From Trichoplax adhaerens (Eukaryota; Animalia; Placozoa): a DNA stretch of 64,000 nt. This document shows positions 42,301-54,300 of this stretch, one piece after another. A program made the position numbers and the translations under genes. The stretch lies in the NCBI RefSeq assembly GCF_000150275.1, contig NW_002060950.1, positions 68,679 to 132,678 of the forward strand, read 5' to 3'. The notes under the pieces are model-generated. The model saw nothing but the letters and a program-made list of their open reading frames with translations. It was not told the origin of the DNA and did no database searches. Positions within the stretch are counted from its first letter, which is position 1. Each line of letters opens with the position of its first letter.

Positions 42301-45300
42301 ACCTGATGCTATACGATGTGCTTGCAGGTTTTACCCACAATTTTTTTAAAGGTACTAGAACTATTTCTTTAAGTTAAATCACTACTATTTCATCTATGAT
42401 ATTTTGTAGGAGGAAATTTAGTTACTATCAACGGAAATAATTTTGGAAATTCCAATAATTTGCAGTTTCCGGTACTAATTGGTGTATCCCCATGTAAAAT
42501 ACAAACATACAGCAATACTCAAATCACATGCATTACCACTTCACACCAAAGAGGTACTTTTAAACTTCAGGTAGCCATCGAAGGGCGTGGCATGGCCATC
42601 ATAAATGGAAACGCTAACTACGAGTACATCTTCAAAATCCTGAATATAATTCCAAGATTTGGCTCTATTACTGGAGGAACAGAAGTTACAATCAGTGGAG
42701 AAGGATTCGGAACAAACGCATCCAATTTCATCATAACTCTCGGCTCATCAGATTGTAACCCGATATCAAGTAATGCTACAGCTATCAAATGTATTACAGA
42801 AAGTTCGTTGAAGGAAGTGCAAATTGATAACTCAGGCCATAGTAAAGAATTTGGTCTTGGCTACGCATGGAACAAACCAAATGTTACAATTACTGTCGGT
42901 ACATTTATCAAGTGGAGTTGGTCTGCAGTTGATTATTCATCTTTACGCTACGGTGTTGTTCAAACCAGTTCTAAAGACTCAACATTTTATGATGGAAGTG
43001 GATTCATCAGCCAGCGTTCCGCTACCGGTTCGTTCAGGCATCAGTTTACTGTCCCTGGAGTTTACTACTATTCCGCAGGTAATGTCGATGGGCGTGATCT
43101 AGTTAAAATGAATGGTATCATCAATGTCATAGTAGAAAAAACTGCAAGTGCAACTTTTTCGCTAAAAACTAAGCAAGGTTATGAGGCGAATTACGTTAAC
43201 GAGGAGGTGAACATGACATCAGACAACTCAGGTTGCTCATTCGGAGATGGTCGCACTAGCTCAATCATTGGGTGTGTAGATCCTAAACCGTCAAATATCG
43301 AGCCAACCATGTTTAAATTTACTTGGTGGAGATGCAGCACCCCCATTATCTCTACAATAGAGCCAAATATCGGTACAAGTGCCACCAATATTGTAATTCG
43401 TGGTAAAGGATTTAGTACCACTGCCTGTCAAAATATTGTATCAGTAGGGAATTACTCCTGTTCAATATTATCATCTTCTACAACTGAAATCGTTTGCAAG
43501 CCTACTTTGCAAGGATCTATGACTCCTGGAATCCGTCAGGAGATAAAGTTGTTAGTTAAAAACTTAGGCTACTCATTAACGACAATTGCAAGTGTAAGTA
43601 AAAGATCTTTCACCTTAATGCCAACGATCTCCTCGGTGACTCCAAGAACAGGATCCATTGCTGGTGGCACAGTAGTGACAATTACCGGTGATGGCTTGTC
43701 AGCAAATAACATAGAACCTGTAGTTCAAATTAATGGTTCACTTGATTGTAAGGTCAAGACTAAATCATATACACAAATTACTTGCGTAACTCCCAAGGTC
43801 TTATCCAGTACAAATAACTTAGATGTGAAAGTTCATATCAATGCTGTCGACAGCGTTTGTCATGGAAATGCATGTAGTTTTGCTTTCACGTCAGCTAGGA
43901 CTCCCACGATAACCAGCATTAACCCGACAACTTTTGTCAGTGGGACTACAGTTACTCTTTCAGGTTCTGGATTCTCAGCAAACTCATCTTATATCACTGT
44001 CAAAGTCGGCAATTTTAGATGTCCAGTCATAACTGCATCTAAATCATCAATATCTTGTAACACACTAAACGTAACTTCAGGTACACACAATATTAGTGTC
44101 TACGTAGCCGATAAAGGCAACGGTAGATTCCAATCCGATAATAAAGTGACAAATCAAGCTGTAATTACAGCGATTTCTCCATTGCATGGCAGCTTATTAG
44201 GCAACACCTTACTGACAATATCAGGCAGCGGTTTTAGTAGCAAGAAAGATACTTCAGTCAAAATAGGCGGAACATCCTGCACAATTCAAAGTGTAACAAC
44301 TTCACAAATTAAGTGCAGAACTACGGCAAAGACCGAAGGCAGCTATGACGTATCCGTAACATCGCATGGGATAGCATATCCCAAACAAACATATAGCTAC
44401 AGAGCAAGCTCAACACCATCTGTAACAGGAATTAACCCAACAGCCGGCGAGAGAGGAACCACAGTAACTTTAACGGTAACTGGAATAACTTCGGGAATCT
44501 CTGATATAAATGTTAAAATAGGAAGAGCGAGTTGTATTTTGCAGTCATTCACTGGTAACACAATTGTTTGCACAACAACAGCAAACACTGCCGGTAATTA
44601 TGATGTACAAGTCATATCTGATGGTGATGGTAAAGCTTCAGGAACGGCTCAATTTAGGTATAGACTAAAGGTCGTAAGTGTATCCCCATCCAGATCTTTG
44701 CTAGGCGGAGGCCGCTACATCACCATTCAAGGTAACAGTTTTGATGTACTAGGAGGTACCACTGTCAAAGTGTGTGGCATTATATGTATACAAGATCAAA
44801 ATACGAACCTGACCGAATCAATTGTAACTTGCGAGGCGCCATCCATGAATGTTAATCAAATGAATGATTTGAATTGTTCTATCGATGTTAGTACCAGTTC
44901 CGGACAACAAGCAACACTTGCTGATTCTTTCAGATACTTAGCGTCTGGAACCCCTGTTGTAACCGCCATATTTCCTAATCGAGGTGGTACCGCTGGCGGC
45001 ACAGCAGTCACGATAAGTGGAACAGGTTTCAACACACAGCCAGGTAAAATTTCAGTGTCCATAGCTGGTACAGCATGTTCGATTAATTCTCTTACATCAA
45101 CATCGATTAATTGTACGACCGGCCCACACCAACGAACCGAAAAAGCGCTTGTGAGGGTTTATACTACCCTCGGTAACCGTGCAGGCCTACCAATCTACAA
45201 CACCACTGATAAAGAATTTTACTACGCTGACTTCTGGTCCTCTAAATATACTTGGGGGGGCAGGGATCCTCCAACGGAAGGAGATTATGTTGTGATCAAC

Positions 45301-48300
45301 AAAACCCAAACGGTTATTCTAGATGTTGATACACCAATTCTAAAATTTCTACTGCTGAAAGGAGGAAAGCTCATATTTGACGAAAAAGATCTTACCTTGA
45401 AATCCGAATACATTCTTATAACTGATAAAGGCGCACTCCAAGTAGGTACTGAAGACAAGCCGTTTCAACATAATGCCAACATTATTTTATATGGCCACGT
45501 GCGTTCCAAAGAATTACCTATTTATGGTGCTAAAGTGCTTGCCGTTAGGGAAGGAACATTAGATCTCCATGGTAGGCCAATTCCTGTTACTTGGACAAGG
45601 CTAGCATCAACCGCCCATCAGGGAACTACAACTCTCAACTTAGAATTAGCAGTAACATGGCAGTCGGGAGATAAATTAGTATTAGCTTCCACTAGTACCA
45701 GTCCTGAAGAGAATGAGGAGGTAACCATTGCGAGTGTTACCAATGGCGGGAAAACGGTGCTACTACAGTCGCCTTTACGATATACACATATCTCAGTATC
45801 TCAAAATATTGCAGGTCAGACCATTGAAACCCGCGCAGAAGTTGGTTTATTAACACGAAATGTTGTAGTTCGAGGGTCGAAACATTCAGAATGGATTGAA
45901 TTTGTCAAGGAATGCCCTGTCGACTTTGATCCCGGCCAGTTTGCGACTCAAACCTGCTTCTTAGGTCGTTACGGGAATGAAACACTGAGCGATCAATTCG
46001 GTTGTCATATTATGATGGCGTCAAAAGAAATGGATAAAGATCTGATCGTTGGGAGGCTATCGTACATCGAAGTAACTCATGCTGGTCAGGCCTTTCGCCT
46101 TGGAAGATACCCAATTCATTATCATTTAATGGGAGATATACAGACATCTTATGTACGTGGCTGTGCCATACATAATACGTTCAACAGAGCAGTCACGATT
46201 CATGGAGTTCATAAATTGACGGTAGAAAACAATGTAGCTTATAACACCATGGGACATAGCTTTTTTTTGGAAGACGGTATCGAAACAGAAAATATCATAC
46301 AGTACAACCTTGGTATCTTTACGAGACAATCTTCAAGCTTGCTTAATGTAGACATCACGCCAGCAACATTTTGGATAACTAACCCCAATAATACTGTACG
46401 CCATAACGCTGCTGCAGGTGGCACTCATTTCGGTTACTGGTTTAAAATACCAACTCACCCTGAAGGGCCTTCATTTACTACAAAAATTTGCCCAAGGAAT
46501 GTCAATATCGGCCAATTCTATAACAATTCAGCTCATTCTTTCGGTCGCTTTGGTTTATGGATCTGGCCGAATTATCATCCAAAAGTAGGTGGCAGTTGCA
46601 ATTCCAATGTGGATGCCCCGGTAAAATTAGAAAAATTTCTATCCTACAGAAACCGTAAAGGTGCTGAGGGAGTAAGCAGCGGTTCAACACAGTACGTAGA
46701 CTTTACAGTAATGGATAACATACAAGCAGGTCTAGAAATTCACCAGGTATCAGGTAAATGGGGAGAACAAGGTCCTCTAGTGCATAATTTGATTACGGTT
46801 GGCCATAGCCAAGTCCAAGGTCCTACTTTTATCTGCCAGCAAGCGGGCTTAAAAACCCCCAAATCTTCTAGGCTAACAGTTAAAAATGCTACGTTTGTCA
46901 ATTATGATCGCACTGGCTGTTGGGCTTTAATCCCTTGCGCTTTTTGTAAAGCCAATCAAGGTGGATTTCCAACAAAATTTGAAGAAATAGCGTATTTAAA
47001 CTCACCTAACAGGGTGCGGTTCAACTATGCTCATGAATGTATTTATGAAGACACTGATGGAACGTTAACTGGTATAATCGGAGGTAGTTATGTCCCTTGG
47101 AATGACAATTTGCCGCTATCAAACTGCGTCAAGGGTGAAGTAGAAATAAGCGATGAAGCTCCTGGCGCTAAATGTGATGAAACGGTTGTAATCAGACGTT
47201 TATCATGGAATCAGCCAAGTCCGTCAGCTTTACTATTTAAAGATACAGTTCTTACCAATCGTTTCGGCAGTAGTGTGGTACCTTATAAAAAGAAAAGGCT
47301 TACCCATCCTAAGGGTTGGATGGCCACCCTTGTTATGGGAGAGGACTACAACATGTACTGGAGAAATGCTGCTCATTTGGTAAATATAAGCTACACAGCT
47401 GGATTCTACGAATTAATGAGCGAAGATTATGTTTACATGAATCACCAATTGACTCAGATACCGGACCATTTCGCGACGACTACTAAGTTTATGAATATGT
47501 CCGACGGTTTACCAGATCCGCTGACTGCAGAAAATGGAGAATGGTTTTTTAACCGTACAACTAAGTCCTTTTATTACATTACCAAAGGTAGTGAACTAGA
47601 ACAACCGCTATATAAACGCAATATGCAACCGAAAGTTTACCAATGCTACTTCAGGGATTGTGTCAAACCTGTACCTAAACCAGCTCCTAGACAGCGTCCT
47701 TCAGACTATCGGTTATGGTCCGAGAAAGGTAGTTGGAATGGTAAAGTTAATAAGGCTATACCGAAGTTTGGGGAAGAGATCGTAATTGAGAAGGACTGGT
47801 GGATGGTACTCGACGTAGTTGATCTACCCTACTTCAAAAAAATTACTATTTATGGAGCTTTAGAATTTGACGATAATTCTGATAAAGTCTTAAATACCTC
47901 CTACATTTTCATTCACGGTGGCCAATTAATTATTGGGTGGGAACATAGTCCGTACACCCATAAAGCACACCTTATACTTAGTGGAAATCATCAAACACCT
48001 GAAATAGTTTTAACCAACGGACCTGTTTTAGGAGCCAAGGCCATCGGTGTTTTTGGCTATCTTGATTTACATGGTAAACCTAAATCAACAACATGGACGC
48101 ATCTAGCTCAAACAGCTCCTGTTGGTGCTAATGAGATCACGTTAGAAGAAGCAGTCGATTGGGAACTAGATGATGAAATAATTATTACTTCTTCTACGTA
48201 CGAACCTTTCCAAACCGAAAAAGCACAAATTTCCCATATTTCTACTGATAAGCGCACTATTACCCTATATCAGACTTTACGCTATTCTCATTTATCTGCT

Positions 48301-51300
48301 GTTAACATGGTCAGTGGGCGCCAGTATGCAATGAAAGCGGAGGTGGGATTACTAACACGTAATATTGTGGTTGAAGGAGCAGAAGATGCTATCGGATCGC
48401 TATCAAAGCAAAGCTTTGGTGGCCGTATTTTAGTAGGATCATTTCAGCAGAATGATGGTACAAGATTTACAGGTAATGCCAGAATTGACTACGTGCAATT
48501 TAAAAACACTGGGCAGGAAGGATATCGAGATTATTTCGATCCGCGATTTTCCATTGCGTTTCTGGATATTGGTTTCGTTCCGGCTATGAATCAATTTTAT
48601 TCTTACGTTCGAGGGTGCAGCTTTCATGACGGATATAATACCGCAATCGGAGTTTTCGGCACTGAAAATATGACCGTATCAGACAACGTAATTTACAAAA
48701 CTGTAGGCTCTTCGATTCGAGTTTGGGGTCGAAAAAATCGAATTATTCATAACTTAGCTTCTTTGACGCTAGCCGTCGCTACCTACAATGGTAGATATGA
48801 AGAAGAAAATACCGAATGGGAAGCAAGTTTTGAAGTACATAAAGCCGTTGAACTAACACTGCGTGATAATGTTGCCGCGGGTTCCCAACGCGCCGGATTT
48901 CGTATCCGTGGCGAAAAATGTTATAATATCAATCCGTCGATCAGTTGGTCAAATAATATTGCACACTCGAACATCCATGGTATCATGATGGGTTTTCAAG
49001 ACGCAGAACCAGGCTGTACAAGAATTGCAAACTTTGTTTCTTATCGTAATTACGATTACGGAATATTCTTTTATCAATCATCCCGTATGATAATGTATAA
49101 TGTTACGTTGATCGACAATGTCTGCGGTATTATGCCGTTTGTTTATGCTCCGGCATCAGTGACACATTTAACAGCAAATAAATTTGTTCGCATCCAAGAA
49201 TCCATGATTATAGGTACAAGTCCAAATTTTGATTGTAGTGCTGACTTCGTGATCCCTAAAGATACTGCCATCACTAAAAAGCATCGATGTCCTAAACCTG
49301 CCTCTGGTGGTAGAGCCGGGATATTTATGACCAGCTTCGTCTCCGGTACAAATGCAGCCCCCTTTAAACCGTGGCATGGAGTCAAAAATTATCCTGCTAT
49401 CAACGGCATAACAGAAATTTCTTCTGTTATATTTGCTAATTTTGGTATTGCTTGCGGAAAGCGTGATGTAGCTATTAGTTCAAATAAAAAAACACCTGAT
49501 GCTATTCATCCGATTCAAATGTCTGGTATTACGCTGGACAACGTCTATGAATCATCGAAGTTATACTTCTTCCCCCCAAGTATCAGCTGGGTCAATCCAT
49601 CTGATTGTGTCGATATGGATTGTGATGGTCAAAAACACGCATTGATAAGAGATTTAGACGGAACCTTTCTAGGTAAGACTGGCAATACAGCTATTGGCAA
49701 AGCGGAATATGAATGGGATGGAGATCCCAGGCGTGGTTTAGGTGATTACCGAATACCCAAGACATTTTTAACTGCACTAAACGGATCTCGAATCGCCGTA
49801 AATTCTGTAGCGCCTTATAAAGGTATTGTACGCGGAAATCGTACGTCTTCTAACTGCAACTGGGTAAGTGAATGGAATGCTTATAGGTGTTCAGGACTCG
49901 ATCACCAAATGTTTATCATAGAGAGCATGGATAAGGATACCGAAACGCGTCGTATTTCCCCAGTAGCTCTCGCTGCAGATGGTTACCTGGACTTATTAAA
50001 TGGTCCTCAAGACTTTGGCTGGTGTCTTGGCTATACTTGCCAAGAACGTTTATCTACCTTCTTTACTACTGTGTCAACTGGAAAACTCTACGATGTTCAC
50101 TTCACAGGAACTAACCCCCAGCACTTACGATTGCATTTAATCAATTCTAATTATAATCAAGCCATTGTTGTTGGGATCTTTTATTCCAATCCTCAACGTC
50201 TTGATGTCTATCAATTAGGCACTTATGTTAACCCCACTAACGCTAAACTTAGTGGTAGTACCTTCGAGTATCTTCCGAAAGATCCGAAAAATCCTACTAA
50301 GTTTATTCCTAACTTTCATGGAATAAATGGATTGAACTATTACGATAGTGCTAAACAAACCCTCTATATTTTGGTTCGAGGAAGCAACCCAATCGATATT
50401 ATCACAATGCCGATAATACAGCTCTCCTTGAAATTGCCCGCGATTACGATAGACGAGTTTTTTGAAAAGAATTTAGTTAATAATATTGCTGAATTACTAG
50501 GTATCGATAAGTCAAAAGTAAGGTATGTTGAGGCCATTAATGAGCAATCGAATACCAGACGAAAACGAGCTTCTAGTACTATGACAGTTATTGTAGAAAT
50601 TGGCAATCCACCAGCACCAACAGTTAACGTTGTTGCAGAAGAATTTTACGAAGTAAACTCTACTGACGGTATTAACTCGACTTTACTTTTCCCTCCTCCT
50701 ACTTCTGCTACAACTAATCCAACTCCAAGTTCATATCCTCAAAATTATACCGGAACTTCAGAGCAGATGACCCTTGTTACACTGCAAGTACTAGCCAATA
50801 AAGTTGTGGAGGTCGCCCAAATTGGCGCTTTTCACAAAAAAGGTTACAATCTTCTAGAAATTACTGTTACTGATCCAAGCTCTAGTCCTCAAGATCCACG
50901 AGAGGGGAATCCGTATACAAATACATCTGACTCACCAAATGGAACGGTCTTATATCAAGAGTTACAGGAATCACTGAAACTAAATTCAAGCTCTTACAAT
51001 AGTTCATCGTATACATACCTAATTGCCGGTCGACTACATTTGCAAATGCAACCATCCGGAAGCAACGAAACCGTTTCGCTTCCTACTCAGCCTAGTTTAG
51101 CAATGCTAGATATAAATGGTAATCTAATAAAGCAACTTGGACATCGTTATAGCTCTAATCCATGGACAGTAACGGCATATTTAAAATCTGGATACGGTCA
51201 CAACGATGCTTTCATTGGTGGTAATAATACAGTTTCTTTTTCTTCTGGAATTGCAAATTTTACTGATTTAAGTATTTCTCATAATGGTACGTATGTACTA

Positions 51301-54300
51301 TGTTTTAACGTTTCTCAGCCAATAGAAGCAAACTTTAGTATTTGTTCTCAAGAAATAGAGATATTAGAACGTATTTTTTACCTAAAAATGATACGAGAAA
51401 TTGCTGGAGCAAATGAAACTGTACCATTTCACATGCAACCAGTTGTGGAAATACTCGATGCAGCAAATCATGAAAGAATTACTAATCTAGGCTGGAAAAA
51501 GCGTAATTGGTTTATGCACGCCAAAATTGTAAATCAATCAATTGATGGAAAAATTGGCGGTCAAAATGTATTAAATCTTCTCCATTTACAAGAAATTGGT
51601 CTCGCTACATACGAAAGTTTAAACATCAATTACGCTGCTAAAGATTATGTTTTAAGTTTTTCTTTAATAACAGAACCGAAGTCATCCTATACAAATTTAT
51701 CAACTAATAGTGCTCCTTTTGAAGTTAAAGAACGTATGTTTTACCTAAGTGTTATTCGACAGCCCAGAAATTGCAATGAAACTGTTGCATGTGGGCAACA
51801 ACCTGCACTCGCTATTCACGATAAAGCCAACGGACAAATTGTGAACAATATAGGCTGGCGAGGTAGAAAGTGGTTCATTCAAGCGTACTTAGATGGGAAC
51901 TGCTCAACAACGCTAAATGGTCAAACGAGACTTCCGATACCAGCTAGCGGCATAGCACAGTTTACAAATTTAAGTATATATGATTCTGGTGAACAATTCT
52001 CATTGTTTTATAATGTTAGTTTAGATCAATATTCTGCGACTTATTCTGGTTTATCGGTAAAGAGTAAGAAATTTAACGTCGGCATGAGAGAATTCTACCT
52101 CCATGTTACCATGCAACCTTCTAATGCCAACGAATCTGTAGTTTTCGGACAGCAGCCGATAATAGAAGTTCGTGATGTCGGTACTCAGAAGATTGCAACG
52201 CCATTGAAAGAACCTTGGTATATATACGTTTCTTTAGTCAAGAACCCATGGCCATTGGAGAGTAACGTTTCTCTATTGGGTACTAAAAATGTGACTGTAT
52301 TTAACGAACGGGCAAGATTTCAGAATCTACTGATAACGAAATATGGTATCGGATATAAGTTAAAATTTATATCCACACCTGCGAGCAAAGTTATTAGATC
52401 AAAGTTGTTTGAAGTATTTTATGTCAATAGCTATTCTCCGGTTTTTAATGAAACTAATAGCTTGTATAAATCTACAATATCAGAGAATGTTGAAATTAGA
52501 AGTTACGTTGTTACAGTATTTGCAACAGATAATGATACTGGACCCCAAGGTAAAGTGTACTATGAAATAACAAATGGAAATTCCGATGGTGCATTTGATA
52601 TTGACAAGACGAACGGTCGTATCGTTACTAATGGATCACTTGATCGAGAAAAAGTTTCAGTTTTTACGTTAACAATAACAGCATATGACGGAGCAGTGAT
52701 CGAGAAAAGACGATCTACAAACGCAACAGTCATTATTACATTGCTTGATGTCAACGATAATACTCCTTACTTTGCAGAATATCCAGCGCACTATATTGTT
52801 CCAGAAAATACACGGATTGGCGAAACTGCTGCTATAATTGATGTTCGCGATCCTGACGCTGGCGAAAATGGGGCACTAAATTTTACGATGCTTTCATGTG
52901 ATTTATGCGGCTACTTCATACTAAATTCCACTACTGGAGCTTTCATTACTAATAAGAGCTTGGAACTAGAAAATTCGACTACATTACTACCGTATACAAA
53001 TTTTACGTTTAATATTCACGTTGCAGACCGTGGTACTCCACAGCCCAGAGCAATTACTGGAATAGTTATCTTAACAGTTATACCGACTAATGAATATGCA
53101 CCAGTATTTACTCGAACTAACTTATCCCTAACATTAGCAGAGAACACGAAGGTTGGACATTTAGTAGTGAAAGTTTTAGCTACAGATCGAGATATCGATC
53201 GCCACGGTATCGTGGATTACTACATTGAATCAGGAAACTTTCGTAAGACATTCTCTATTGCTAAAACAAACGGTGAAATTATTTTAATGCAACCACTAGA
53301 TTATGAAACATATTCGTCGTATAAACTCGTAATTACAGCACAAAATGGTCAAGATTACAAGAAGGCTACAAAGATGACCGTTCACATAACGGTTACTGAT
53401 ATACCAGACACAAATGGAGATGTCATCTTAATAGAAGATGTTTTGCCAAAAATTGCACCTTATCAAAGCGTAGCATCATTTGCTGGAATACCTAGTTTTA
53501 GCCCAATCAAAGTTATTTTAAAGTCAAAGCAAGGCAAACGGACCGATATCACCAATGATGTATCTCAAACTATTTTTGATAGTGAAGCAACACATAATTC
53601 TCTAATCGTTAGCCGTCGTAATGGCACGACAGTAATTACCGCTGAACGAGCTACTGTTAACCGCCTGAAGGTTCGTGTTATTAATGTCGGTATCATTGAC
53701 GTTCCATTAATCGCTGTAGATTATACAAGTCTACAATTACAAGCATTTTTATTCCCAAATATTAATAAGGAGGAAGTTAGAAAGGTTTATCTTATCGGCC
53801 GTAGTAAACAATTCGTCAAAGTCGTTTTTTATGCAAAGATAAAAATTAGTGACGGCGAAGTTATTGACGTAACTGATAGTAACCATACCAAATTTTCAAT
53901 ATCGTACAAAAGTTCTGCCAAAGCCGCGTTAGATTCTACCATCAAATCGAACAATGTTCTAACCGTTAATAAAAGCAGCCCAATCGGTAAAATTATTATA
54001 CATGGGTCTTTCGCTAATCAATCGAGACAGGAACTAGTTTTGCACGTTAGTCATGAAGCTGTCAACATTTCTTCTATGCTATCGGTCAACTTAAACCTTC
54101 GAAATAACACTCTGTATGGCACGGCAAATTCAACGATTGCCAGACCAGAAGTCGTGATGAAAATGGCTAACGGAGATAAATTGATGATTAGCAACTTTGT
54201 AACATACCCAAACCTAGTGACATTCACTGTGTCAAAATCGAAATACGCTCGCGTAAACCGCACAACAGGCATAATAACATTACTAGCCAACTATTATGAC

